Assembly: GCF_018350175.1 (NCBI RefSeq)
Contig: NC_058368.1
Coordinates: 59,460,001 to 59,524,000, forward strand
Direction: 5' to 3'
Length of the DNA stretch: 64,000 nt
Source of the DNA: Felis catus
Lineage: Eukaryota
Positions 39,761-52,979 of the stretch are shown here, piece by piece. The position numbers and the translations under genes are program-made. Every line of letters starts with the position of its first letter. Positions within the stretch are counted from its first letter, which is position 1. The notes beneath the pieces are model-generated. The model saw only the letters and a list, made by a program, of their open reading frames with translations, ran no database searches and was not told the DNA's origin.

Positions 39761-42700
39761 TCATATGAGTGAAGTCATATGATTTTTGTCTTTCTCTGAC
39801 TGACTAATTTCACTTAGCATAATACCCTCCAGTTCCATCCATGTAGTTGCAAATAGCAAGATTTCATTCTTTTTGATTGGTGAGTAATACTCCATTGTAT
39901 ATACATACCACTTTTTTTTATCCATTCGTCCATTGATGGACATTTGGGCTTTTTCTGTACTTTGGCTACTGTTGACAGTGCTGCTATAAACATGGGGGTG
40001 CATGTGTCCCTTTGAAACAGCACACCTGTATCCCTTGGATAAATGCCTAGTAGTGCAATTACTGGGTCATAGGGTAGTTCTATTTTTAGTTTTTTGAGAA
40101 ACCTCCATACTGTTTTCCAGAGTGGCTGCACCAGCTTGCATTCCCACCAACAATGCAAAAGAGATCCTCTTTCTCCGCATCCTCACCAACATCTGTTGTT
40201 GCCTGAGTTGTTAATGTTAGCCATTCTGACAGGTGTAAGGTGGTATCTCACTGTGATTTTGATTTGTATTTACCTAATGATGAGTGATGTTGAGCATTTT
40301 TTCATGTGTTGGTTGGCCATCTGGATGTCTTCTTTGGAGAAGTGTCTATTCATGTCTTTTGCCCATTTCTTCACTGGCTTACTTGTTTTTTGGGTGTTGA
40401 GTTTGATAAGTTCTTTGTAGATTTTGGATACTAACCCTTTATCTGATATGTCATGTGCAAATATCTTCTCACATTCTGTCAGTTGCCTTTTAGTTTTGCT
40501 GATTGTTTCATTGGCTGTGCAGAAGCTTTTTATTTTGATGAGGTCCCAATAGTTCATTTTTGCTTTTGTTTCCCTTGCCTCCAGAGACATGTTGAGTAAG
40601 AAGTTGCTGCGGCCAAGGTCAAAGAGTTTTTTTGCCTGCTTTCTCCTGGAGCATTTTGATGGCTTCCTGTCTTACATGGAGGTCTTTCATCCACTTTGAG
40701 TTTATTTTTGTGTATGGTGTTAGAAAGTATTCCAGGTTCATTCTTCTGCATGTTGCTGTCCAGTTTTCCCAGCACCACTTGCTGAAGAGACTGTCTTTAT
40801 TCCATTGGATATTCTTTCCTGCTTTGCAAAGATTAGTTGGCCATACGTTTGTGAGTCCATTTCTGGGTTCTCTATTCTGTTCCATTGATCTGAGTGTCTG
40901 TTGTTGTGCCAGTACCATAGTGTCTTGATGATTACAGCTTTGTAGTATAGCTTGAAGTCTGGGATTGTGATGCCTCCTGCTTTGGCTATTCAGCGTCTTT
41001 TCTGGTTCGTACAACTTTTAGGATTATTTGTTCAGCTCTGTGAAGAATGCTGGTGTTACTTTGATAGGGATTGCGTTGAATATGTAGATTGCTTTGGGTA
41101 GTATCGACATGTGAACAATATTTGTTCTTCCCATCCAGGAGCATGGAATCTTTTCCCATTTCTTTGTGTCTTCTTCAATTTCTTTCATAAGCTTTCTATA
41201 GTTTTCAGTGTATAGATTTTTCACCTATTTCTTTAGATTTATTCCTAGGTATTTTATGGTTTTTGGTGCAACTGTAAATGGGATTGATTCCTTGATTTCT
41301 CTTTCTGTCGCTTCATTGTTGGTGTGTAGGAATGCAACCAATTTCTGTTCATTGATTTTATATCCTGCGACTTTGCTGAATTCATGAATTAGTTCTAGCA
41401 GTTTTTTGGTGTAATCTTTTGGGTTTTCCATGTAGAGTATCATGTCATCTATGAAGAGTGAAAGTTTGACCTCCTCCTGGCCAATTTGGATGCCTTTTAT
41501 TTCTTTGTGTTGTCTGATTGCAGAGGCTAAGACTTCCAATATTATGTTGAATAACAGTGGTGAGAGTGGACATCCCTGTCTTGTTCCTGATCTTCAGGGG
41601 AAAGCTGTCAGTTTTTCCCCATTGAGGATGATATTAGCATTGGGTCGTTCATATGGCTTTTATGATCTCGAGGTATGCTCCTTCTATCCCTACTTTCTTG
41701 AGGGTTTTTATCAAGAAAGGTTCTGTATTTTGTCAAATGCTTTCTCTACATCTATTGAGAGTATCCTATGGTTCTTGTCCTTTCTTTTATTGATGTGATG
41801 AATCACGTTAATTGTTTTGTGGATATTGAACCAGCCCTGCATCCCAGGTATAAATCCCACGTGGTTGTGGTGAATAATTTTTTTAATGTATTGTTGGATC
41901 CAGTGGCTACTATATTGTTGAGGATTTTTGCATCCATGTTCATCAGGGAAATTGGTCTATAGTTCTCCTTTTTATTGTGGTGTCTGTCTGTTTTTTTAAA
42001 ATTTTTTTTTAACGTTTATTTATTTTTGAGACAGAGAGAGACAGAGCATGAATGGGGGAGGGCCAGAGAGAGGGAGACACAGAATCTGAAACAGGCTCCA
42101 GGCTCTGAGCTGTCAGCACAGAGCCTGACGCGGGGCTCGAACTCACGACCATGAGATCATGACCTGAGCCGAAGTTGGAAGCTTAACTGACTGAGCCACC
42201 CAGGCGCCCCTCTGTCTGGTTTTTTGAATCAAGGTAATGCTGGCTTCATGGAAAGAGTTTGGAAGTTTTCCTTCCATTTCTATTTTTTGGAACAGCTTCA
42301 AGAGAATAGGTGCTAACTCTTCCTTAAATGTTTGGTAGAATTCCCCTGGAAAGCCATCTGGCCCTGGACTCTTGTTTTTTGGCAGGTTTTTGATTACTAA
42401 TTCGATTTCCTTACTGGTTATGGGTCTGTTCAAATTTTCTGTTTCTTCCTGTTTCAGTTTTGGTAGTGTATATATTACTAGGAATTTGTCCATTTCTTCC
42501 ATATTGCCCATTTTACTGGCATATAATTGCTTATAATATTCTCTTGTTATTGTTTTTATTTCTGTTGTGTTGGTTGTGATCTCTCCTCTTTCATTCTTGA
42601 TTTTATTTATTTTGGTTCTTTCCTTTTTCTTTTGGATCAAACTGGCTAGTGATTTATCAATTTTGTTAATTCTTTCAAAGAACCAGCTTCTGGTTTCATT

Positions 42701-43787
42701 GATCTGTTCTACTGTGTTTTTGGTTTTGATGGCATTGTTATATGGTCTAATCTTTATTATTTCCTGTCTTCTGCTAGTTTTGGGTTTTATTTGCTGTTCT
42801 TTTTCCAGATCCATAAGGAATAAGGTTAGGTTGTGTATCTGAGATCTTTCTTCATTCTGTAGGAAGGTCTGGATTGCTATACACTTTCCTCTTAGGACTG
42901 CCTTTGCTGCATCCCAGAGGTTTTGGGTTGTGATGTTATCATTTTCATTGACTTCCATATACTTTTTACTTTCCTCTTTAACTGCTTGATTAGCCCATTC
43001 ATTCTTTAGTAGGATGTTCTTCAGTCTCCAAGTATTTGTTACCTTTCCCAATTTTTTCTTGTGGTTGCTTTCAAGTTTCATAGTGTTGTGGTCTGAAAAT
43101 ATGCATGGTGTGATCTTGATCTTTTTGTACTTACTTAGGGCTGATTTGTGTCCCAGTATGTGGTATATTCTGAAGAATGTTCCATGTGTACTGGAGAAGA
43201 ATGTATATTCTGCTGCTTTAGGATGAAATGTTCTGAGTATATCTGTTAAGTCCATCCTGTCCAGTGAGTCATTCAAAGCCATTGTTTCCTTGTTGATTTT
43301 TTTATTAGATGATCTGTCCATTGCTGTGAGTGGTGTGTTGAAGTCTCCTACTGCTATGGTATTACTATTGATGAGTTTCTTGATATTTGTGATTAATTGA
43401 TGTATATATTTGGGTGCTGCCGCATTTGGCACATAAATTTTCACAATTTTTAGGTCTTCTTGGTCTGTAGACCCCTTGATTATGATATAATGCCTTCTGA
43501 ATCTCTTGGTACAGTCTTTATTTTAAAGTGTATATAAAATATCAGTCTATTTTCTGATATAAGAATGGCTACTCCGGCTTTCTTTTGTTGACCATTCGCA
43601 TGATAGATGGTTCTCCATCCCCTTATTTTCAATCTGAAGGTATCTTTAGATCTAAAGTGTGTCTCTTGTAAACAGCGTATAGATGGATCTTGTTTTCTTA
43701 TCCATTCTGTTACCCTGTGTCTTTTGATTGGAGCATTGAGTCCATTGATGTTTAGAGTGAGTACTGAAAGATATGAATTTTTGCCAT
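39761..43787 (-). pseudogene. L1 ORF2, frameshifted and SINE-interrupted
   Basis: SYLSVLTLNINGLN start, [34 protein letters not shown], ends KNHMTSLI*. Confidence 0.93.
41998..42210 (-). mobile_element. Can-SINE inserted in L1-C ORF2
   Basis: TSD tctgtctg(t/g)tttttt at 41983-41997 and 42211-42225. Confidence 0.97.
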
Positions 43788-43902
43788 TATGATGATTGTA
43801 GAGTTGGAGGTTCTGGTGCTGTTCTCTGGTCCTTTCTAATCTTTTGTTGCTTTTGGTATTTATTTATTTATATATGTTTATATTTTTTCATGTTTTCTCC
43901 CC

Positions 43903-44777
43903 TCAGAAAGGCCCCCTTAAAATTTCTTGCAGGGATGGTTTAGTGGTCACAAACTCCTTTAATTTTTGTTTGTCTGAGAAACTTTTTATCTCTCCTTCTA
44001 TTTTGAGTGACACCCTTGCTGGATAAAGAATTCTTGGCTGCATATTTTTCTGATTCAGCACACTGAATATATCCCACCACTCCTTTCTGGCCTGCCACGT
44101 TTCTTTGGATAGATCTGCTGCAAACCTGATCTGTCTTATCTTGTATGTTATGTACTTTTTTTTCCCTTGCTGCTTTCATGATTCTTTCTTTGCCTGAGTG
44201 TTTTGTGAATTTGACTATGATATGCCTTGTTGATGGTCGATTTTTGTTGAATCTAATGGGGGTCTTCTGTGTTTCCTGGATTTTGATGTCTGTGTCTTTC
44301 CCCAGGTTAGGAATGTTTTCCACTGTGATTTGCTCACATAACTTTTCTGCCACTATTTCTCTCTCTTCCTCTTCTGGGACCCCTATGATTGTGATGTCCC
44401 TTTTTAATTAGTCACTGATTTCTCTAATTCTTAAATTGTGCTCTTTTGCCTTCATCTCCCTCTTTTTTTCTGCTTCTTTATTCTCTATAAGTTTGTCCTC
44501 TCTATCGCTGATTCCCTGTTCTGCCTCATCCATCCTTGCCACCATTGCAGCCATCCGTGATTTCAGCTCAGTTATAGCATTTTTAATTTCCTTCTGTTTT
44601 TTACTTCTTTTATCTCTGCAGAAAATGTTTCTAATCTATTTTCGACTCTAGCTAGTATTCTTATTATTGTGATTCTAAATTCTGGTTCAGACATCTTGCT
44701 TGTATCTGTGTTGGTTAAATCCATGGCTATCATTTCTTCATGCTCATTCTTTTGGAGTGAATTCTTCGTGTTGTCAT
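43903..44777 (-). pseudogene. L1 ORF1, disrupted
   Basis: ENIPNLGKDTDIKIQETQKTPIRFNKNRPSTRHIIVKF is the ORF1 RRM region; frameshifts present. Confidence 0.88.
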
Positions 44778-44970
44778 TTTGAAGGGAGAAAAGGAATTAA
44801 TGAGGTAGAAAAATTGAAATTAAAAAAATTAAAATAAAAAATATTAGAATTAAATATTAAAAACACACACACACACAAAAATCGAATAGATGATGCTAGA
44901 TCCTAGGTGTGTTTTGGTCTGGGTGTTGAAAGTGGTTTGACAGATCAGAGAAAAAAAAGGAGGAGGGAAG

Positions 44971-45663
44971 AAAAAAAAAGGAAATTGAGAATTTGAAAAA
45001 ATGAATATACTGATGTAGAATAAAATGTGATGATGGGGATAAAATAGAATTTGAAAAAAGATACACAAAAGTAAAGAATATAGTGGAAAAAAAATAAAAA
45101 ATATTTTTAATAAAAATTAAAGTAAATATGAACTTTTTTGTTTTCTGTATTTAAGAAAAAAGAAAACTAAAAGAGAAAAAAGAAAAGAAAAAAAAGAAGA
45201 AAAAAGGAAAATAAATTGTTTGAAAATATGAAAAAGTGAATAACTGTAGTAGACTAAAATAAAATGATGGAAGTAAATAAAATTTGAAAAAATTTACATA
45301 AAAGCAAAAATATAGTAATAAAAATTAAATAAAAATATTTTTAATAGAAATTGAGAGTAAAAATGAAGTTTTTCTCTTTGTACATTCAAGAAAAAGAAAC
45401 AAAAAAGAGAAAAAAGAAAAAGAAAGAAAAAAAGGAAATTGTTTGAATATTTGAAAAGGTGAGTACACTGAAGTAGAATAAGATAAAATGATGGAAGTAA
45501 AATAGAATTTGAAAAAAATTATACAAATTAAAAAATATAGTAATAAAAATTAAAGAAATATTTTTAATAAAAATTGAAAATAAAAATGAATTTTTTCTTT
45601 CTGTATTTAAGAAAAAAGAATCGTAAAAGAGAAAAAGGAAAAAGAAAAAAGAAAGTAAATTGA
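44971..45663. repeat. three ~228-bp A-rich tandem units in the L1-C 5'UTR
   Basis: recurring aaattg...tgaaaa...gatgg...aatttgaaaaaa...atatttttaata...aagaaaaa starting near 44981, 45214 and 45436. Confidence 0.85.
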
Positions 45664-46944
45664 GTAGATGAACCTGCTAACAGATTGAAGTAGGACTGAA
45701 ATTACTTCGTTTTCCCCTAGAAGTCAGTCTATGTGGCTCTATATAGTCATAAATTAAGCCGGTGGTGAGACTTGTGTTCTTAAAGAGCAAAGTTGGACCA
45801 GTTGGGCGGGGCTCAGTGTAACAGCTCCAATATCCACTAGATGGCGCTGCTAGCCTACTGGGGTGGATTGTTGTGGCACTTGTAGGTGCATATGTGCATG
45901 CGCGGAAGCGGTGAAAATGGCGCCACCCAGCTACCCAGTCTGTTTTTCCGAATCAGCAATCACGCACCTGTCTTCGGTCCTCAGCTCTCGTCCACTCCCT
46001 GCTTCTTTACTCTCCATGACCAGGCCCCAGGCAGTACCTCTCCCCAGTTTTGTCTCAGATGCAGCTGTATTCACCGGCTCCTTATTTCCAAAGGACTGTG
46101 GTGTTTCCCGTTATGCCCCTCTGCAGAAGAGTCTCACTGAGCAATGGCTGAATGAGCAATGGCCGAATATCGGCTGCACCCAGGAACACCTGCTGGACCC
46201 TGTTGTTGCCAGTGCCCTGAGATTGCAGCCAGGGGCCAGCCCATCCCAGAAAATGTTTGCGAGACATTTTGGAAAAACACAACACATATCTGGCGCCAGG
46301 CTTCACCCCTTAACGACCTTGCCCCAGCACCAGCGAATGTGGCCACCTTCTGGGGTCTGCTGGGACCAGGTGGCTTCAACAGTCTCTACCAAATGTCCTT
46401 CCAGGAATGGAACCGCTTTTCCCCGTGTGGCCTGAGAACCTCCCAGACCCCACTCTGTTCCTGGGGATTCGCCCTTCCCACCAGACCACTGCCAGGTATT
46501 GAGCTGTGAAGTTGCAGCCTTTGTGCTCCCCTTGTTTACAGTCTTAAGGAATTTAAACCCTCTCCTGTCTCCTTTCCCCTTTCTCCCTTTTATTTCAGTT
46601 GCTGTGGCTGTTTTCAGTTTTTCACTTTCTCTCCAGCTGCCTTTGGGGAGGCATGCTTTTCCCATATTCTCCCTGCCTCCCCAGTCTCTGTCCTCTCTCT
46701 GCCCTCAAAAGCGGCTCTCTACCCTCCACGGCTTCTCGCTCCCTAAATTCACCTCTCTGCACCGCCTACCTGCTGAATTCTGTGGTTCAAGTTGTGCAGA
46801 TTGTTGTGTTAATCCTCCAATCCGTTTTCTAGGTGTGTAGGATGGTTTAGTGTTGTTCTGGCTGTATTTCATGGACAGGAGACACACAGAAAGCTTCCAT
46901 GCTGTTCTTCCATCTTGGCTCCTCCCTCTCTTTCTCTCTCTTTT

Positions 46945-47143
46945 AATGTTTGTTTATTTATTTTGAGAGAAAGAGAGATAGAGCAGGGGAAGGGCAGAGA
47001 CAGAGTAGGGAGAGAATTCCAAGCTGGCTCCACGCTGTCAGTGCAGAGCCCAAATTAGAGCCCAATCTCAAGATCCACGTGATCCTGACCTGAGCTGAAA
47101 TCAAGAGTCGGATGCACAACCAACTGAGCCACCAAGGAACCCC
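46945..47143 (-). mobile_element. older Can-SINE whose tail was the target of L1-C
   Basis: TSD agg(t)ccatatttct at 39492-39504 and 47144-47157 brackets both the SINE and L1-C. Confidence 0.92.
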
Positions 47144-47329
47144 AGGTCCATATTTCTCTTGAAGTTTCTCAGAGACAGTTTTTTTTCTTTCCATACCCAT
47201 GTCATGGAGACTGTAGAAAATGTAGTATTTTCTTTGTTCTTCTATAATTATAGATATTTCCTTTTCTCTTTTGCCTTTTCCCTCATAATAAAGCAAAGCA
47301 AACAAAAACAGTCCTTTTCAAACACACAA

Positions 47330-49850
47330 CTTCAACCAGTACTGCTTGGTTGCCTTCCCCATTCCCTGAATATGTTATTACCTGGCTTAATATCTCTAAT
47401 AATGACAGTGAAATCTTGGCAACATCACCTTTTTTACAGATCATCCATACAACACTTTAGCCTTTAAGTTCCTTGATCATCTCAAATTCTACAAACATAC
47501 CTCTCCACTTGAATTTAGCCACCCAATTTTGTGGCTGTGCCTTAAATCAGATTTTTCTAATAACTGTACCTCTGTAATCATGATTTCAAAATTTCCAGTT
47601 CTGTCCAAAACCACCTGTTTCCACATAGTTACACATAAATTATTTCCACATACATAATTTCCAATTCAACAAGTATTTCTCCTAATACAATTATTTAAAA
47701 CGTGTGTCCTCTTAGTGACCTCAATAGTTTTTTCACTAAGCTTCATTTTCACATATTTCTGTATCCAGACATGTTCAATTTGAAATCTAAGTTCTATTGC
47801 TAAATTTAATTTCTCATATTCTAAATGCATTTGTCATTCTTTCTCCACCATACTTAATGATACAATGATACAACCCCCATGTGGTTGGATTAACACATCT
47901 TATCAAATGTCTCATACATATTTTTTACCATAAATTTCAACTAGTACCCAGGATTCTTAGTCATTTCACTAATTGATTTATTTTCCTACCCTCTAGTAAG
48001 TTAGTTTCATATGCTCTCCTTTCCTCTAAAATTACATGCCCCACTGCTGTCATTTTACAGATATTATAAAAGCAATCAGATGTTAACTTGCTAACCTATA
48101 CATATTACCATATTATGTTACCTGCTTCCAATGCACTCTGCCTTCTCTGCTCTTACAAGAGCTAGAATTATTCTGCTCTAAGTTTAGTCCTTTTGCTATG
48201 TCTGGATTTTCTCTCTACCATAGTGATTTTAGGAGCCATGTTATCTAGATGATATAGTTGCAAGATCGCATAGCCTTTATTAAATGAGTCCTTAAGTAAT
48301 TGTTTGGAGCAGAAAGTGTGTCATTGCCTGAAGGAGGAAAATCATATTAATCTACTGAGATTTTGGAAGGTGACTCTTACAGCAGCAGGTGTTAATTACC
48401 ATGACCAACACATGAAGGCTGCAGGCATTCTTGTAGTTATTCTTGTATTTATTCCTTGTTTCTCTCATCTTCTCTCCTCTACCAAGAATCTTCTCTTTTC
48501 TTGTCATTTTAAAAGTTTTACAGATACATTGTAAAGTAAAATAAAAATTAAAAATGAGATAAATACTCTATAATCTAACATTCCTTCTTGGTTTAAAAGC
48601 TTATTTCTCTGATAGTTAAAAATAATCTTAGAGGATAGTTTTGATTAGGAATCCCTTTTCTAAATCTCGTACTTGTTCATAATGACTCCTACCAGGCTTT
48701 CATTATCATTTCATTTAAAATTCTCTGTCAAGGTAAACAACAGTCTTTACTTCACCAAATTCAGTGGCTGATTTTGCTTTTTTACAATTGGTATCTCAAT
48801 ATCATTAGGAAATATTATTATTATTTTCTTTTTGAAAACAAGTTTCAGATCATCTTCTTACGGGCTTTTTCTTTACTTAACTCTGCTTTTGGCCTTTAAC
48901 ATTCTAAACACTGTATGTCCCAGGGTTCAGAATTTAATTCTCTTAATTCATAAGTAAATTCTAATTTCCTCCCTCCTATACCCAACACCAGCTAGGGAGG
49001 ACATGTTACCTAATCCTATCTGTGTGAGGACATGTTACCACAGTCAGTATATTGAGCAAATGAACCTTCTAGAACTAATCATTGTTTTCTCTCTTTCTCT
49101 CTGGCCACATTCAATCTATTATCATGTGTCTGCTAACAAAACCTGTTTCCAATCTTACCAACTATTTCCACTCAACTATTACCACATTAATCCAAACCAA
49201 CAACTCCCTTCTCCCAAATATTGCAATAGCTCTGAGATCCCAATGACTGTGTCCACTCTGTCCCTACTAGAGTCCAGCCTCCAGGTAAAGCAAGAGTACA
49301 GTGTTTGAGATTTGATTGTGATACTTCTCCTCCCCAGTTTAATCCCTCAGAGGCACCCATCTAGTGGAGTAAAAGTGTCACTGCCTCTTCGTCCAAATCC
49401 TTCCCTACTTCTCTTTTTCGTGTTCACCACACTTCAGTCACCGTACCCCCACCCCTACCCCTTTTTATCCTCTAAACATTCTAAGTGCATTTCTGTTTCA
49501 GGGCATTCATACGACTCATCTCAAATTAGTTTACCCACATCTATCCATGATGCCCATTTACGTAATTAAGGAATGCTTTCATAAATAACCACATTATGAA
49601 AAGTCTTTCTTGCCACACTAAGTTTTGTAAGTCATTCTCTATTTAATTAAATTATTTTATTTTTTGTGGTACTTATTTTCTGGACAATATTTATTTTAGT
49701 TTAGCGTATTGTGTACTTCCACAATTGGACTGCAAATGCACTGTGAACAGGAATGTGTTTTGCTCACCACTGTGTCCTCACTTCATAGAAGACTGCATGT
49801 CAAATGATAGAAAATTAATCAATGTTTAAGGAAGGGAAGTAGGAAGGATG
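47330..49850 (+). mobile_element. long decayed L2 remnant
   Basis: L2-like motifs (tctctgtcaaggtaaacaacagtc...ccaaattcagtggc) and 3' end tgttttgctcaccactgtgtcctc...aatcaatgtttaagg; 5' boundary uncertain. Confidence 0.6.
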
Positions 49851-50424
49851 GAAGGAGCTATATATGGAAAATGGGGAAAAGGGAGGGAGGCACTAGCCTT
49901 TCTCTAAACAACGTAAAATTTCTGTTAGTGGAGTTAGAACTAGTAGGTGAAATCTTCCTAAGTTCATTGTAATGTATTGATGTAATAAGTGCTTATTATT
50001 GAAAGGAATACTAGAGGGAGAGAATATTGAAATGAACTTGTGACAGTTATCTCCAACTTTTCAACTTCCAAAAGTAGTCAAAATCTCATTTCACGATATG
50101 TTTGGTATCTAAGCGAAAATAAAGATATTGCTTAATCTTCCAGTAAACAAACCTAAGTAAGTTCCATTTCAGTTGAATGTGCCGAAATATTTTTGTGTAT
50201 ATATAATACTGTTAATGAAAATATTTAAATGTGAAGGAGGGTTTGGAAATTGAAACTATAATAAATTGAAACTATAATAACATGAAACTATGATTTAGGA
50301 TTTTAGAATCCTAAATATTGTGCCAGTTTCTAGAAGTACCATCCATTCCATTCTCAGAATTTTTTGTGTATATGCTCTCCAATTTATACTGTATAAATCA
50401 CTGATAAATAATCCCTTTCGCAAT

Positions 50425-50649
50425 ATTTATTTATTTATTTATTTATTTACTTATTTATTTAATTTGAGAGAGAGAGATAGAGAGAGATAGTGTGCACATG
50501 AGCAGGGGAGAGGGGCAGAGGAATAGCGGGAGAATCTTAAGCAGGCTACATGCTCGGTGAAGAGCCCAATGCAGGGCTCAGTCCCACAACCCTAGGATAA
50601 TGACCTAAGCCAAAATCAAGAGTCAAACACTCAACCTCCCTGGTGCACC
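50425..50649 (-). mobile_element. older Can-SINE with (TTTA)n tail
   Basis: degenerate TSD tccctttcgcaat / tccttttgcaat. Confidence 0.9.
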
Positions 50650-52745
50650 TCCTTTTGCAATTCCACATGTCCAATGGATGTGAATGCTGTAATTTGAATG
50701 TGTGTTTACCTGTCTCCATATACTAGTATTTGTTTTAGTTTCTCACAGAACCATTGATAAGCAATTGGTGCCTAACTTCTTATTTGTCTTTAATTTACTA
50801 AAGAAAGTTTAGGGCATTTGGTAATTAACTCAAAGTATAACATGCATCAAAATTTATAAAAAAATAAGTCCTCATTCATTCATAAGTATTCATCGTCCAA
50901 TAGTGTACAGATTACTCATTATAAAGAAGTAAGCAGATTAATTCATTAATACATTTTTAATGTATTTATATTTAGGATTAATACATTTAGGGAAATTGAA
51001 GTCAGGTAAATCTAAATATCTATATCTACTTCTATCTGTCTGTCATATACATATCATCTGTCAATCTATTTGAAGGTACAGTATTTAGGAAAACAAGAAC
51101 AGAAAAGTCATAAACCCTGAGTTGGCACTTTGGTATCATTTAGGCACAACATGTATGGAAGCGTGTACAGCAAAGACAACAATGGGATCACAGACACACA
51201 GCTATGGAAAAATTGTGCAAGATATTATTGTCCACTGTTTGCTAACAATTTTTTCATTTACCATCTTGCACTTAACATATATCTCTTAAATTGAAGTCTA
51301 TTAGTTTAGGAATTACCTATGCGATTACCTCAATTAAAAAATTGTGTAGAATTTTCCAGGTATCATTCTGATAAAAGATCAAAGGTTATATGCATTTTGA
51401 GATGGTCATTGATGGTTTTGTTTTTTTTGAACCCTTATAGTTCTATGTTGAAAGGGAATGGATGTTAATGTTATTTTCCTGAATTAAAATAAAAATAGCT
51501 TTTTCACCTATTTTACTGGTATATAATTAAATCTGAGATATTTATTATTTAGAGTTCATTTTTGATGACTGTAGGTTATTAAAAGTTTTTTCCTGCATTT
51601 TAAAATCCCACAGTATAAGTGAAATATTTCACTTGTTACCATAGTAATTTACCAGTTAGCAAGTTTTGTGCCATAATAAATTACTGTTTCTTGTGGTGTC
51701 TAGAGCATTATGGAAAAGCATTAGTAGTAACTTAGTACTTAATAGAAATTATATGAAATAATACGGAGCATCTTTTATGTTGTGTAACATTTTGAATATA
51801 GGTACTTAATAAAAATAAATGAGCATCCCTGAAATGTTATTGACTATGATGGGAAAGAACAGTCAATAAATATAGTATAATGGGAAGTTTATAGACTCAC
51901 ATGAGCACAAGTATATTATTTGCTATGCCAAGTAATCACAAATTCTTTATAATAGTTAATATTGAGTTTAATAATAAAATCTCAGTAGTACAGTTTTTCA
52001 CCAACAAACTTAACTTTTGTCTCCTTTAAGAATTTTATAACTTGGAGAGATTGTCATGGAAAAAAATTTAAATGGAAGATCTGCTATTAAATTAAAATGC
52101 GTAGTATTCATTACAAACTCTACAGTCATTAATTAATAGATAGTACAAACTATGGTAATCAGCATTGTTATCAGTTTGCAGAAAGGGAAATGTATCCATC
52201 TATGAACACAAAAGAGGTTGGTAACACTTGTTAATATTCTATGCACTAACTATTTGTGTCCTTTTCAATTACCTCTTACGAATGAATTACATGCATACAA
52301 AAGGAGATTTATGCATAATCAGATAGAGTTTTAGGATAAATAGGAACTAGGTAATAGTTCATTAAAGGCGATGATCATATTGAACTAAAGATATATCTTC
52401 ACAATTTTTATCTCTGAAAACAAATCAACAGAGAGGGAAAACAATAACAAAAAGGAACGTCTTATGAAACCAAAAGTCATCTATATCTCTAAACTTTAAT
52501 TCTGAGAAATGCTATTTGTGAAATGAACAGCAAAGCAGAATACAATAAGAAGTCAGAAATACTTGTAGGTCTGTTAAATCAAAGCTCAGTAGTCAAGTGG
52601 AATCCTCAAATGAAACATGAAATTGCAAATGAGGCCAGATACAATGAAGAAACAAGAAAAACAAACCAAATCAACCAAGTAACCAACCACCAATCACCAA
52701 CCAAGCAAAGAAACAAACAGAAATTCATTTAAAAGTATCTATCTA

Positions 52746-52979
52746 GGGGTGCCTGGTGGCTCATTCGGTTAAATGTCTTCAGCTCAGGTCATGTTCTTGT
52801 GGTTTGAAGTTCCTGAATTCCAGCCCTGTGTCCAGCTCTTGTGTGTGTCAGCACAGAGCCTGCTTCAGATCCTTTATCCCTCTCTCTCTCTCTGCCCCTC
52901 CCCTGCTTGCATGCATGGACTCTCTCTCTCTCTCTCTCAAAAATAAAATAAGTACTACAAAAAAAAATAATAATAAAAA
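52746..52979 (+). mobile_element. Can-SINE
   Basis: ggggtgcctggtggctcattcgg head, CT tract, A tail; degenerate TSD aaaagtatctatct / aaaagcacctgtct. Confidence 0.92.

Larger units (their letters stand above)
39522..46926 (-). mobile_element. full-length inactivated LINE-1 (L1-C), ~7.2 kb plus an inserted SINE
   Basis: 5' end gggaggagccaagatggaagaacagc on minus, ~2.1-kb 5'UTR, ORF1, ORF2, 3'UTR, A tail; TSD core tctctctctttt at 39510-39521 and 46933-46944. Confidence 0.97.

Noticed and set aside
42143..43444. 433-aa ORF with endonuclease motifs and a novel C-terminus
   Set aside because: Fragment of L1 ORF2 that reads through into the inserted SINE; lacks the true start and the RT domain.
45863..46435. 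190-aa plus-strand ORF in GC-richer DNA (ORF0-like antisense ORF?)
   Set aside because: GTG start, no recognisable domain; long ORFs occur in several frames of this GC-rich L1 5'UTR.
50293..50316. 24-bp near-palindrome atttaggattttagaatcctaaat, plus short 21-26-bp tandem duplications near 30567, 33730 and 37038
   Set aside because: Ordinary slippage or fold-back micro-events in AT-rich DNA with no associated structure.
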